From Bacteroidota bacterium (lineage in GTDB: Bacteria; Bacteroidota; Ignavibacteria; Ignavibacteriales; Melioribacteraceae), in assembly GCA_024275455.1 (NCBI GenBank), contig JAJRZB010000127.1, positions 1 to 49,791 of the forward strand: DNA of 49,791 bases. The letters run 5' to 3'. Within the stretch, counting starts at the first letter, position 1; each line of letters begins with the position of its first letter. The position numbers and the translations under genes were made by a program. The notes under the pieces were generated by a model. That model did not search any database and was not told where the DNA came from. It saw nothing but the letters and a program-made list of their open reading frames with translations. Below are positions 24,065 to 35,237 of this stretch, piece by piece.

Positions 24065-24096
24065 TTTTATTTATTTTTTATTTACAAATTTATTAA

Positions 24097-26045
24097 CTAA
24101 TCGAAATTTAACGTTGTACCAATAAAAATTTGTCTTCCGGCTTCCGGTAAGCCCCATTGAGTGTAATATAATTTATCAAAAATATTATTAACTCTTATAA
24201 AAATATTAGCCTTTCCAAATGATAATACCGGAAACTTATAAGATAATTTTAAATTTACCAAGAGATAATCATTTAACTTTTTAAATCCGTCGGAACCATC
24301 TTTTATTCCATACTATTCACCGATATAGTTCAATTCAGAAGAAAACTCTAAGGCTTTTGATAAATTATAAAAAAGGTCACTGTTAAGAATAAATCTCGGT
24401 TTGTATTCTAAAGTATCCTCAAAAAATCCATTTGAATTTTGCGCAAAAGAATTTAAATACGAGAAATTAAAAATTATTTTTAAATTCTTAATTAAATTAA
24501 GTTGATTTGTGAATTCAACTCCATAATTTCTAATTTTATCTTTGTTAACTCTCTTAAATTTTATATCGGAAATTGTTGTTCTAACAATACCATCACTTAT
24601 ATAACTTAAAAAGAAATTGATCTTATTTATTGAAACTTCACCATAATAATTAAGTCCTAATTCAGATGAATAAGATACTTCGGATTTTAGATCTGGGTTT
24701 GGAACAAACTTACCGAGAGCACCCGAAAACATCTCTCTAAGTGTGGGAAACCTTGTTTTTCTTCCAATACTTAATTGAGCCGAAAATGACTGAGAGAAAT
24801 TATATAACGCTGATAAATTTGCCCCAAGATCGAATATTGGATCTTTCGCCGGAAAAACTCCGGTTTGAGGAGTTGATTGTCCATCTAAACTTATACCAAA
24901 TATGGTAAACAACCCTTTGGATAAATATTCATATTCTGTTCCAATACTAAAGGTACGCTGTGAATAATTAGTTTCATTCCATCCTGAGGATAAAAATTCT
25001 TCATTATGATATGAAGAAAGACCACTTGCTACAAATTTTATTAAAGAATTATTATCAATCACTGTGGAATATAGTATTCTGCCATAAAATGTAAGGTCAT
25101 CATTCGTTCAATATCATCTATAAGCCTGTAATCAATCGATTGATACTGATCAATTTGCATATTAAACTTGGTTACAGAAAATGAATATGAAAGATTCGCC
25201 CCATCAGAAATACCATGTCTGCCATTCAGAATTATTGAGTTGTGCTGCCATTCGGGATATTTCCAAAATCTAGGCTTATTTACGTTAATTTCTGGTGGCA
25301 CATTTTTCTGCGAACTTTTTGATGACATAGATAAAGAAATTTTCGAGTTATGTGAAAATTCATAACCGAATTTTGCAAAACCGCTTAATGATGTTAGCGA
25401 ACTATTAATTCTGAGTTTTGTTGGATTCTCGGAGTTAGTAAACGAATTTGGTAAAGAAAATCCATCAGTAGAAAAATATGAAAATGATAATAAATAGTGT
25501 AACTTATCAACTTTATCTGACCAATATCCCGAATAATTTTGGAAATAATTCTCTCCCCCCATTACTTTTATTTGCTTGTTATTCGATTTACTATAAGACA
25601 AAGATGAAATGTCTACAACCCCCGAAATAGTATTTGCTCCGTATACTGTAGAGGGAATACCTTTGGTTATCTCGATATTTTCAATTGCATTTGATGGAAG
25701 TAAACTTAAGTCAATTCTATTATCCCACGGAATATTAAGAGGTACTCCGTCAAAAAACAAAGTTAATTGTCTCGAAGAAGAACCTCTAAAATAAATCTGA
25801 CTTTCCCCTCTTGAATTATTTTGCACTTTAACAGAAGGGATTTGTTTTGATATTTCACTTAGGCTTACAGCATCAGAACTTTGAATTATTTCTTTTTCAA
25901 TTTTAATAACCGGTTTAGGTTCTATTAAAATGCTGCTCTGTACTTTTACTTCGTCAAGTTTATATGTTTTTACAGAATCAACTTGAGGAAAAATACAGTA
26001 AGCGGTAAATAAATATATATACAAAAAATGGAGTTTGCTTAACAA
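24097..26045 (-). pseudogene. TonB-dependent outer-membrane receptor, broken by one frameshift (about 25105-25110) and one in-frame TAG (24313-24315)
   Basis: Plug domain (ESQIYFRGSSSRQLTLFFDGVPLN, TKGIPSTVYGANTISGVVDI). The frame changes between ...YRLIDDIE and NDDLTFYGRILYST. After the TAG the same frame continues YGIKDGSDGF...EAGRQIFIGTTLNFD*, a classic TBDR C-terminus that is not in the ORF track. Confidence 0.8.
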
Positions 26046-26265
26046 TAGACTTTTCTTTATTAAGTTAGATAAACTTTTAACAACTTTATACGAGAATAGT
26101 TTATACCATAAAATATTTATAAAAACAAAATATTAAAACGGAACAATAAGATATCATTCTTTTTTGTCTTTTACCAAAATCTTATTATTTTGGTCTGGCT
26201 TTCTAAAATAATATGTTCAATCGGATTTTACATTTCTTAAAAACATAAACGAAAGGAGTTATTAA

Positions 26266-26793
26266 ATGAAAAAAATCATTTTTACTTTATTAGCAGTATT
26301 TATTTTGTTCAGCACATCATTTGCACAATTTGAAGCAAATAAATCTTATGCCGGTCCTGCAGTCGGGCTATCATTTTTAGGCTCTACATTATCATTTGGA
26401 GCAAATTATGAATATGGAATGAACATGAAGGATATTGGTATTGATGCTCCTGGACTTCTTGGCATTGGTGGAATAGTTAGATATTGGAGTTATAGTGAAG
26501 GATTTTGGAGTTATACTGATTTAGTAATAGCAGCTCAAGGAAATTATCATATTGTACTGGATAATAAAAAACTTGATCCTTATTTAGGATTAATAATTGG
26601 TTATGATATTGGTTCTTTTAATTGGGATGGTCCTTATGATAATTTATTTGATATAAGTTATGGCGGATTTATTTTTGGTGCATCTGCTGGTGTTAGATAT
26701 TGGTTCTCGCCACAAATGGCTATAAATGCAAGACTTGGAACCGGATCAAACTTAGGATCAACATTAGACATAGGTGTAGATTTTAAATTCTAA
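26266..26793 (+). CDS. small outer-membrane beta-barrel protein (OmpW/porin-family-like)
   Basis: 175 aa. AGGAG RBS, signal peptide MKKIIFTLLAVFILFSTSFAQ, Gly/aromatic-rich strands, and a C-terminal ...DIGVDFKF. Confidence 0.6.
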   Translation: MKKIIFTLLAVFILFSTSFAQFEANKSYAGPAVGLSFLGSTLSFGANYEYGMNMKDIGIDAPGLLGIGGIVRYWSYSEGFWSYTDLVIAAQGNYHIVLDNKKLDPYLGLIIGYDIGSFNWDGPYDNLFDISYGGFIFGASAGVRYWFSPQMAINARLGTGSNLGSTLDIGVDFKF

Positions 26794-26822
26794 TACTTAA
26801 TATTTTAGTATTATTTATTAAG

Positions 26823-26852
26823 GCGACATTCTAGATAGAGTGTCGCTTTTTT
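26823..26852 (+). terminator. Rho-independent terminator
   Basis: GCGACA (26823-26828) / TGTCGC (26841-26846) stem followed by TTTTTT (26847-26852). Confidence 0.6.
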
Positions 26853-26945
26853 ATTCCTATCAAAATCATTTCTAATATTGTTGCTATATTTACACATAAA
26901 ATATTTATAAAATTCTCAGTTATTAAAAAAAACAATCGATTTAAT

Positions 26946-28286
26946 ATGCAAGAACCAAAAGTTAATGTAGCAATACTTTCTGATACTGAAGTTGAATTTA
27001 TTTTATACGGTGAATATCGGTATAAAAGTTCTGATGTTCTTTTTAGCGGGAACGCCAAAGCTAAATTTGTTGACAATAAAATTCAGCTTTTTATAAATAA
27101 CGAAATTTATGACCCGGTTAACGAGATATTATTGTCGCCCTCAGGTTCATCTTCAGATACCTTTTTACTGAAAAATGTAACTATTGGTTTGCAGTTCCAT
27201 TGGGAACAGAAGCAGAATCAACGATTTACAGGCTCATTAAAAATAATTACTGAAAATAATAAATTAACAGTAATAAACGTTGTTCCTGTAGAACAATATT
27301 TAACCAGTGTTATCTCATCGGAAATGAGTGCAACAAGTTCAGTAGAGCTGCTTAAAGCTCATGCAATAATATCTCGCAGTTGGTTACTTGCACAAATGGA
27401 AAAAAGAAAATCAATTGATAAAACTCAAAACAAATATGTATCGGAAATTAGAACCGAAGATGAATTGATTAGATGGTACGACAGAGAAGATCATATTCTC
27501 TATGATGTTTGTGCTGATGACCATTGTCAGCGTTATCAAGGAATTACAAAAATTCATGCTCATAATGCTGAAGAGGCCGTAACCGAAACAACAGGTTTAA
27601 CATTAATGTATAATAATCAAATTTGTGATGCAAGATTTTCAAAGTCTTGTGGAGGAATAACCGAAACTTTCGAAAATGTTTGGGAAGAAATTAAACACCC
27701 CTACTTACAAACTTTTGCCGACTATAAATTTGATCCTGACGGATATAGTACTAATCTAGTTAATGAAAATGACGCAATAAAATGGATAAGAAATTCTCCT
27801 CCTGCATTTTGCAATACTACCGATGAAAAAATACTAGACCAAGTTTTAAATAATTACGACAGAAAAACTAAAGATTTTTACAGGTGGAAAGTTGAATACA
27901 CTCAAGAAGAAATAGCTAACTTAATTAATGAGAAAACCGGTTTTGATTTTGGAAATATTATAGACCTTATTCCTGTTCAACGAGGATATTCGGGAAGACT
28001 TATAAAATTACAAATAGTTGGCTCGAAAAAAACTCTTACAGTAGGGAAAGAGCTGGAAATAAGAAAAATTCTTTCAACCTCGCACCTTTACAGCTCTGCT
28101 TTTATTATAGAAAAAGAAAATATTAAGTACAACATTCCACAAAAGTTTATTCTAATTGGTGCCGGCTGGGGGCATGGGGTTGGACTTTGTCAAATTGGAG
28201 CAGCAGTTATGGGAGAAATTGGTTATCATTTTGATGAAATTTTGTTGCATTATTTTAGAGGAGCAGAAATTAAGAAGATTTATTAA
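26946..28286 (+). CDS. SpoIID/LytB domain-containing protein
   Basis: 446 aa. VEQYLTSVISSEMSA...LKAHAIISRSW, CADDHCQRYQG, FSKSCGGITE and GWGHGVGLCQIGA are SpoIID/LytB hallmarks. Confidence 0.8.
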   Translation: MQEPKVNVAILSDTEVEFILYGEYRYKSSDVLFSGNAKAKFVDNKIQLFINNEIYDPVNEILLSPSGSSSDTFLLKNVTIGLQFHWEQKQNQRFTGSLKIITENNKLTVINVVPVEQYLTSVISSEMSATSSVELLKAHAIISRSWLLAQMEKRKSIDKTQNKYVSEIRTEDELIRWYDREDHILYDVCADDHCQRYQGITKIHAHNAEEAVTETTGLTLMYNNQICDARFSKSCGGITETFENVWEEIKHPYLQTFADYKFDPDGYSTNLVNENDAIKWIRNSPPAFCNTTDEKILDQVLNNYDRKTKDFYRWKVEYTQEEIANLINEKTGFDFGNIIDLIPVQRGYSGRLIKLQIVGSKKTLTVGKELEIRKILSTSHLYSSAFIIEKENIKYNIPQKFILIGAGWGHGVGLCQIGAAVMGEIGYHFDEILLHYFRGAEIKKIY

Positions 28287-28331
28287 TTTCGTTTCTTACA
28301 ATTTGCTAATATATCTAATAATTAGGTTTTA

Positions 28332-30413
28332 ATGGTTTTTCTTAATCCGTCAATTTTACTTGGTTTACTTGCAGCTTCAATACCAATTTTAATTCACATT
28401 ATAAATTTTAGGAAACTACATAAAGTAGAATTCAGTACACTAGCTTTTCTAAAGGAACTACAAAAATCCAAAATTAAAAAAATAAAAATTAAGCAATGGC
28501 TTCTGTTGCTTCTGCGTACATTAATTATAATATTTTTAGTTCTTGCTTTTGCGCGCCCTACTCTGGAAAGCACTTATTTTTCCACTGAAACGTCAACTGC
28601 AAAATCCAGCGCCGCATTTATAATTGATAATTCTTTCAGTATGTCACTTATTGGTGATGAAGGTTCTGTTTTTAATAAAAGCAAAACAGAAGCAAAAAAA
28701 ATAATATCTCAAATGCAGAATGGTGATCAATTTTATTTTATTATCTCCGGTGATTCAATAAAAAAGACTACCGATAAAAAAACAGCAATAAGCATTATCG
28801 ATAAAATTAAAATATCTTTTTTTACTGAGCCTTTAAATAAAAAGTTGGATAAAGCAAATTCAGAATTATTAGCATCGCAAAATATTAACAAAGAAATATT
28901 TCTGTTTTCTGATTTCCAAAAAAACACCTTAAATAAATCTTTATTGAAAGACTCTACTCGATTAGAAATATCAAATAAAATAAAACTTTACTCTTTTGAC
29001 ATGTCCATTAAGGAAACCAATAATTATTCGGTTTCCAATCTTAAATTAGAAAACTCAATTATTGAACTTAATAAGCAAATTACATTCAGCGTTTCTGTTA
29101 ACAATTATTCTGTAAATAAAGTTGATAATATTGTTGCCTCTTTATTCGTTAATGATGAAAGAGTTGCACAGCAAACTGTTTCTCTTCTTCCAAACCAACA
29201 AAAAAAAGTTAAATTTGAAACTACGTTAAAAAGTACCGGGCTAGTTGAAGCTAAAGTAAAATTAGAAGATGATAGAATTCTGCAAGACAATCAATGTTAT
29301 ACTAGTTTTTATATTCCTGAAAAAATAAAAATATTAGTAATATATGACAATATTGCTGACATAAGATTTTTAAAAGCAGCCATTAATTCAATTTCAACAC
29401 TAAATAGATTTAACACTAATTTTGTTAAATCAACTGATAATTATAATGTTGAATTATACGATGTAATATTTTTAATTAGTACAAACCAAACCGCAATAGG
29501 GAAAACAAGTAATTACATAAGCGCTGGTGGGAAAGCAGTAATTATTCCTTCAAATACATTGAAATCAAGTGATTTAAAAAATTTATATAATAAACTGAAC
29601 TTCCCAATTGCAAAAAGTATTATTGAACTTCCCCCAAATGATAATAACTATGCGGAATTCAATTCCATTGATTTTAGTCATCCTATTCTTAACAATATTT
29701 TCACATCCCAAATAAAGAACAAAATTGAATCTCCAAAAATCTACAAGTACATTAAGCTAACCCCAAGTCAATCAACAAATAAAATTATTTCATTAAATGA
29801 TAAAAGTATTTTTTTAGGTGAGTATAATTTAAGAAAGGGGAAAGTAATATTTTTTAATACTGCTATAAATTTAACATGGAGTAATTTTCCGTTAAAAGGA
29901 ATTTTTGCTCCTCTGGTAAATAATATTATTCATTATCTGACTTCAAAAAAAGCATTTGTAAAGTCGTATAAAGTTGGCGATATTATTCCGCTAAATATAG
30001 AAAATATACTTTATCCCAAAATTGAAGTCAAACTCCCTATCGGTTTAGATAATATTAATGTTGAAGGTTTCAAAAATAAGATTTATAATTATAACTCAAC
30101 CTTACAGCCCGGTAATTATAAATTCTATAGCAACAATAAGTTAATAATGTTTGCCAGTGTAAACACAGACCCGACTGAATCTGATTTATCGGGGATTGCT
30201 TCTCGAATCAAAAATCAAATATTTAAAAAGTATTACGAAGGCAATTTTATTAATATAAATCAAAAGGAAAATTATCTGGCAACAATTAAACAATCAAGAT
30301 ATGGAACTGAATTATGGAAACCGATCTTACTTATAGCATTCTTATTAGCTTTAATAGAGATGTTTGTTGCAAGAAATACGAAAAAAGATTTAATGACTTT
30401 GGACACAAAATAA
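28332..30413 (+). CDS. BatA-N-terminal-domain (double-TM) membrane protein
   Basis: 693 aa. The N-terminus FLNPSILLGLLAASIPILIHIINFRK...FSTLAFL matches the aerotolerance BatA N-terminal double-transmembrane pattern. There is also a C-terminal TM helix. Confidence 0.55.
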   Translation: MVFLNPSILLGLLAASIPILIHIINFRKLHKVEFSTLAFLKELQKSKIKKIKIKQWLLLLLRTLIIIFLVLAFARPTLESTYFSTETSTAKSSAAFIIDNSFSMSLIGDEGSVFNKSKTEAKKIISQMQNGDQFYFIISGDSIKKTTDKKTAISIIDKIKISFFTEPLNKKLDKANSELLASQNINKEIFLFSDFQKNTLNKSLLKDSTRLEISNKIKLYSFDMSIKETNNYSVSNLKLENSIIELNKQITFSVSVNNYSVNKVDNIVASLFVNDERVAQQTVSLLPNQQKKVKFETTLKSTGLVEAKVKLEDDRILQDNQCYTSFYIPEKIKILVIYDNIADIRFLKAAINSISTLNRFNTNFVKSTDNYNVELYDVIFLISTNQTAIGKTSNYISAGGKAVIIPSNTLKSSDLKNLYNKLNFPIAKSIIELPPNDNNYAEFNSIDFSHPILNNIFTSQIKNKIESPKIYKYIKLTPSQSTNKIISLNDKSIFLGEYNLRKGKVIFFNTAINLTWSNFPLKGIFAPLVNNIIHYLTSKKAFVKSYKVGDIIPLNIENILYPKIEVKLPIGLDNINVEGFKNKIYNYNSTLQPGNYKFYSNNKLIMFASVNTDPTESDLSGIASRIKNQIFKKYYEGNFININQKENYLATIKQSRYGTELWKPILLIAFLLALIEMFVARNTKKDLMTLDTK

Positions 30414-30416
30414 CTT

Positions 30417-31685
30417 ATGATAGATACAAATCCCAAAATAATCGATAGAGCAATATTAGTAGCCGTTAAAACCAGAGATATCTCTCAAGAAAGATTAAAA
30501 GAACATCTTCTTGAATTGGAAATGCTTGCAGCTACAGCAGGAGCTGAAACAATATTAAAAATTGTTCAAGAAAGGCAACGCTTTGATTCTGCATACTTTA
30601 TTGGCAAAGGCAAAGCAGAAGAAATTGCTGAGTTAGCCGAACTAAATGAAATTACGGTAGTAATATTTGATGAAGATTTAAATCCAACTCAAGTTAGAAA
30701 TCTTGAAAAATTAATAAATAAGAAAATATTAGACCGTTCGGGATTAATACTTGATATCTTTGTATCACATGCGAAAACAAACCAAGCCAAAACACAAGTT
30801 GAATTGGCACAGCTTCAGTACATGCTGCCGAGATTAACAAGAGCTTGGACACATCTTTCCAAACAATACGGCGGAATCGGAACAAAAGGTCCCGGTGAGA
30901 CACAAATTGAAACCGATAGAAGAATTATTAGAACAAGAATTGCTAAGCTAAAAGAAAAATTAAAAAAGATCGAGTCCCAACAAAAAACGAAAAGTCTTGG
31001 GCGAGAAAATTACATTAAAGCTACGTTAGTCGGTTATACCAACGCAGGTAAATCAACATTGCTTAACCTACTTACTGAAGCCGCTGTATATGCAGAAGAC
31101 AAACTTTTTGCAACATTGGATTCAACAACAAGAGCACTTGAACTAACTCCAAAAAAGAAAATATTAATAACGGATACAGTTGGATTTATTAGAAAATTAC
31201 CGCACCATTTAGTTGCTTCTTTTAAAACCACGTTAAACGTTGTGCTAGATGCTGATTTGATTATTCATGTTATTGATATTACCAATAAGTTTTACGAAGA
31301 TCATATTCATGTTGTAGAGGAAACACTTGATAGCCTTGGATGTAAAAATAAACCTAAGATTCAAATTTTTAATAAAATTGATGCTTTAGAAGATAAAAAT
31401 AAAATTGAGTACATTAAAAATCATTTCCCTAACAGTATAATTATTTCAGCCGAAAGAGGAATTAACATAAAAAGTTTAAAAGATATTTTTATTAAATTTT
31501 ATGAGCAAAATTTTGTTGAAAATAAAATTAGAACGGATCATTCTCATTCTCATCTTGTTTCTAAAATTCATTCACTTGTAGAAGATATTGAAACCAACTA
31601 TGATGACTTCGGAATTACTATAAAATATAGAACAACAAAACAAATTCATGAACAAATATTGAGATTACTCAATGACAGCAAGTAA
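30417..31685 (+). CDS. hflX: GTPase HflX
   Basis: 422 aa. HflX N-domain (ILDIFVSHAKTNQAKTQVELAQLQYMLPRL), G1 GYTNAGKSTLLN, and DTVGFIRKLPHHLVASFKTTL. Confidence 0.92.
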   Translation: MIDTNPKIIDRAILVAVKTRDISQERLKEHLLELEMLAATAGAETILKIVQERQRFDSAYFIGKGKAEEIAELAELNEITVVIFDEDLNPTQVRNLEKLINKKILDRSGLILDIFVSHAKTNQAKTQVELAQLQYMLPRLTRAWTHLSKQYGGIGTKGPGETQIETDRRIIRTRIAKLKEKLKKIESQQKTKSLGRENYIKATLVGYTNAGKSTLLNLLTEAAVYAEDKLFATLDSTTRALELTPKKKILITDTVGFIRKLPHHLVASFKTTLNVVLDADLIIHVIDITNKFYEDHIHVVEETLDSLGCKNKPKIQIFNKIDALEDKNKIEYIKNHFPNSIIISAERGINIKSLKDIFIKFYEQNFVENKIRTDHSHSHLVSKIHSLVEDIETNYDDFGITIKYRTTKQIHEQILRLLNDSK

Positions 31686-33237
31686 TTTACTAATTGACGG
31701 AAACAGTTTAACTCTTGAAAAAATTAACACTTTTATTGAAGAGGGTAGTAAAGTTAAGTTAACAAAAACTGCTGAATCAAACATCAAAAAGGCTAGAGCA
31801 CTTGTAGATAAATGGGTAGAAAATGATGAAGTGATTTACGGTGTAACAACCGGGTTCGGTGAATTTGCAAATGTGAAAATATCTCAAAACAAAATTGAAG
31901 AACTTCAACGAAACTTAATTGTTAGTCACTCAGTTGGTGTTGGGGAATTGTTGCCACCATTTATAATTAAAACTATGATGTTGTTGAGAGTTAACGCTTT
32001 GGCAAAAGGTAATTCCGGTATAAGACTTGAAACATTAGAACTTTTAATTAAACTCATTAATAATAATATTATCCCGGCAATACCTTCACAAGGTTCTGTT
32101 GGCTCTAGTGGTGATTTAGCTCCTCTTTCCCATTTAGTTTTAGCTTTAATCGGCAAAGGTAAAGTTCAAGTATTTAAGAATATTACAAGTGATACTACTA
32201 AGTTTAACAAATTAGTTTCTGCAAAATCTGCATTAAATAAATTCCGTTTAAAACCTATAAAACTTGCAGCAAAAGAAGGCTTGGCCTTAATTAACGGCAC
32301 ACAAATGATGACAGCTTTTGCTTCTTACATTTGCATTCAAGCAAAAAATCTTTCAAAACTGGCTGATATAAGTGGAGCTTTATCCCATTAGGCTTTAAGA
32401 GGAACTGACAAAGCATTCGATTTGCGACTGCACAAATTGCGACCTTACAACGGCCAAATTTCAACTGCAAAAAATATGTTGGAGTTAATTAAAGATAGCG
32501 AAATACGAGACTCTCACTTAGAAGGTGATGAACGTGTTCAAGATTCTTATTCTTTAAGATGTGTTCCACAAATTCACGGAGCTTCTAAAGATGCAATTAA
32601 TTATGTGTGTTCCAAGGTAGAAATTGAAATAAACTCTGTTACAGATAATCCGTTAATTGTCCCGAACGATGGTGACCATCTTGAAGGTGGTAATTTTCAC
32701 GGTCAGCCGATGGCTTTGGCAATGGATTTTATGGCAATTGCACTTTCCGAACTTGCAAGTGTTTCGGAAAGAAGAACCGAAAGATTGGTTAATGGTCAAC
32801 TTAGCAACTTACCTCGTTTTTTAACAAAGAAAGGTGGTCTGCATTCCGGATTAATGATTGCACAATACACAGCCGCATCTTTGGTTTCCGAGAATAAAAC
32901 TTTATCTCATCCGGCAAGTGTTGATTCTATTCCTACTTCTGCGAATCAAGAAGATCATAACTCAATGGGTTCAATAGCTGCACGTAAGTGTTATCAAATA
33001 TTAAAAAATGTACAAACTGTTATTGCCATTGAATTACTTAGTGCTGCACAAGGGATTGAATTTCTAAAACCGTTAAAATGCGGATTGGGAACTTCCGAAG
33101 CATATAAGCAAATAAGAAAAGTTGTTCCACCGCTTGAACAAGACAGAGAATTACATTTGGATATCCAGAAAGTTTTGGAAATTGTTAAAAATGGCAGTTT
33201 ACTTGGAGGTGTTGAGAGAAAAGTGATGTTGAATTAA
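31672..33237 (+). pseudogene. hutH: histidine ammonia-lyase, interrupted by an in-frame TAG at 32389-32391
   Basis: ORFs 31672..32391 and 32422..33237 share a frame. MIO region GSVGSSGDLAPLSHL, plus VQDSYSLRCVPQIHGA, GGNFHGQP and SANQEDHNSMG. Read-through gives ...GALSH*ALRGTDKAFD, and the stop sits where HALs carry the conserved Glu of S-x-E-A/G-L. Confidence 0.9.
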
Positions 33238-33253
33238 TAGTATTGGTTTAGTA

Positions 33254-34372
33254 TTATATTAAGTGCTCTCTAACCAACTCTTTTGCTCTTTCAACCAAAT
33301 ATTTATAAGCATTTTTCATTGAATCATCTTTAGAAATATTTTTCGTTTTTATTGTTTTAACATGTACAGCGCCAAGTTTCTTAATTTCCTCATATGATAA
33401 AGTTGAATCACCGCAAACAATTCCTAAAGGTTTATTCATTCTTTCACAACGACTCATTACGCCTTTAACAACCTTGCCTTGTAATGTCTGTTTATCAAGT
33501 AAACCCTCGCCGGTAATAATCAAATCACTTTGTGAAATATGATTATCAATATTCAGTAAATCCAAAATCGTATTTATTCCACTTTTTATTTTTGCGTTAC
33601 AAAAAACAATCGCACCGGCTCCAACACCGCCGGCAGCACCGCTTCCCGCTATTTCCGAAACATCTTTTCCAAATGTATTTTCAACAATTTCCGAAAAGTT
33701 TTTAAGTCCGCTATCCAATTGTTCTATCTCATTTTTACTTGCTCCTTTTTGTCTTGCAAAAATATTGGCTGCTCCGTTTTCACCAAACAAAGGATTATTT
33801 ACATCAGTTAGTACATTGACTTCGATATTTTCTAATGATATTGAGTTAGAATTATCTATGTGCTTAATTTTAGATAGACTTTCACCAATCGGTTGTAAAA
33901 TGTTATTTTGTTCATCTTTAAACTTATAACCTAATGCCAATGCTATTCCAATTCCGGCATCATTTGTTGCACTGCCGCCAACGAACAAATAGATTTTTTT
34001 TGCTCCCTTTTTAATCGCGTCAACAATCATCTCTCCAGTTACGAGTGTTGTTGTTAACATTGGATTTTGTTCTTTCTTTTTAAGCAATTGCAAACCGGAA
34101 GCTAATGCCATTTCAATATAAGCCCTATCATTAAGGAAGCCGTAAAATGTTCTAATCTTTTTAAATAAGGGGTTTGTAACTTCTAGGTAAACCCTTTTAA
34201 AATTAAGTGAGTTTTCTAATGCTGCAAGTGAACCTTCTCCACCATCAGCAAGGGGAATTTTTGTAATTGTAGAATTAGTTAAATATTGTTTAGCACCTTC
34301 TTCGACAGCATTACAAACTTGTTTAGCTGTTAAGGAGCCTTTGAATTTGTCAGGAGCAATAAGAATATTCAT
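33254..34372 (-). CDS. glycerate kinase
   Basis: 372 aa. MNILIAPDKFKGSLTA..., PLADGGEGS, and ITGEGLLDKQTLQGK are typical of the glycerate kinase family. Confidence 0.88.
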   Translation of the reverse strand: MNILIAPDKFKGSLTAKQVCNAVEEGAKQYLTNSTITKIPLADGGEGSLAALENSLNFKRVYLEVTNPLFKKIRTFYGFLNDRAYIEMALASGLQLLKKKEQNPMLTTTLVTGEMIVDAIKKGAKKIYLFVGGSATNDAGIGIALALGYKFKDEQNNILQPIGESLSKIKHIDNSNSISLENIEVNVLTDVNNPLFGENGAANIFARQKGASKNEIEQLDSGLKNFSEIVENTFGKDVSEIAGSGAAGGVGAGAIVFCNAKIKSGINTILDLLNIDNHISQSDLIITGEGLLDKQTLQGKVVKGVMSRCERMNKPLGIVCGDSTLSYEEIKKLGAVHVKTIKTKNISKDDSMKNAYKYLVERAKELVREHLI

Positions 34373-34395
34373 ATATTTTTTTTGTAAGACTAAGA

Positions 34396-34626
34396 TCAGT
34401 CATTAACAATATTTCTGAAATGCTTAATTCTTTCTTTAACTGTTCTTTTTACATTAGAATATCTTTTCTCAATTTCTTTATCAATTTCTACTTCAGCAAT
34501 ATTAAGTAATTTTCTAATATGTTTTTTAGCCTTTTTATTTTTTAAAAATTCTTCTCGGAATTTAAAGTTTGTATGAATTCTTCCGGTGAAATGGCCAAAA
34601 TTAAAATTATCTTTTTCAAAGTTCAT
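34396..34626 (-). CDS. small basic hypothetical protein
   Basis: 76 aa Lys/Arg-rich ORF 16 nt downstream of the preceding gene. No recognisable motif. Confidence 0.35.
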   Translation of the reverse strand: MNFEKDNFNFGHFTGRIHTNFKFREEFLKNKKAKKHIRKLLNIAEVEIDKEIEKRYSNVKRTVKERIKHFRNIVND

Positions 34627-34642
34627 AATTATATTCTCATAT

Positions 34643-35158
34643 TTATTTTTTAATAAACCAATTAGTTACACCTTTAACGGCTTTTTCAACAAAATCTTCT
34701 TTCTTTAGTTTTTCTTGTTCATCTCGACTTACACTCTCAAATCCCACTGCAACAAAATATGTAGCTTTATCAAAAAAGTTATTTATTTTTTGATAGAACT
34801 CCAAAGATTGATGTAAATCAATAGTTGAAGCAATAATTCCATGATCAACTATATAACGCCAAAGAACAACACGAGCTAAAATTAAAGCATAAATTACTTC
34901 GCTGTTTTTTAATTTCTCATTTGCTCTTTCTCTGCCCAACTTTATAAAATGTTCTGCTGTTTTAGGGTCACTTGGGTCTGCATTCATAACCCATTCACCG
35001 AGTCGTCTGTACACATAATAAATACGTGCTCCAAGAATTGCATCATCAAGTTTACGGTAACCAACAGTACTGGGATTTGTTTTAATTTCTTTAATCCATT
35101 CTTTAGTTAGTGCTTCGGCATGGTCTTCTACTAAGAGGATGAATTTTTCGTATAACAT
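34643..35158 (-). CDS. hypothetical all-helical protein (possibly RsbR-N / globin-like sensor fold)
   Basis: The ORF track gives 34643..35212. The ATG at 35158 (MLYEKFILLVEDHAEALTKEW) is preceded by GGAGGTG. The family assignment is a guess from the helical pattern. Confidence 0.45.
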   Translation of the reverse strand: MLYEKFILLVEDHAEALTKEWIKEIKTNPSTVGYRKLDDAILGARIYYVYRRLGEWVMNADPSDPKTAEHFIKLGRERANEKLKNSEVIYALILARVVLWRYIVDHGIIASTIDLHQSLEFYQKINNFFDKATYFVAVGFESVSRDEQEKLKKEDFVEKAVKGVTNWFIKK

Positions 35159-35237
35159 TTTGCACCTCCACTTTTTGTTTATAAGAAGTACATCACAAAT
35201 ACAAAAATCCAATAATTTGTGTGAATGTTTTTAAGAA

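Noticed and set aside
26831-27076. 81-aa minus-strand ORF overlapping the terminator and the 5' end of the SpoIID/LytB gene
   Set aside because: It overlaps a well-supported gene and a terminator on the opposite strand, and it has no RBS or motif. The ORFs 46395..46622 and 47099..47296 are rejected for the same reason.
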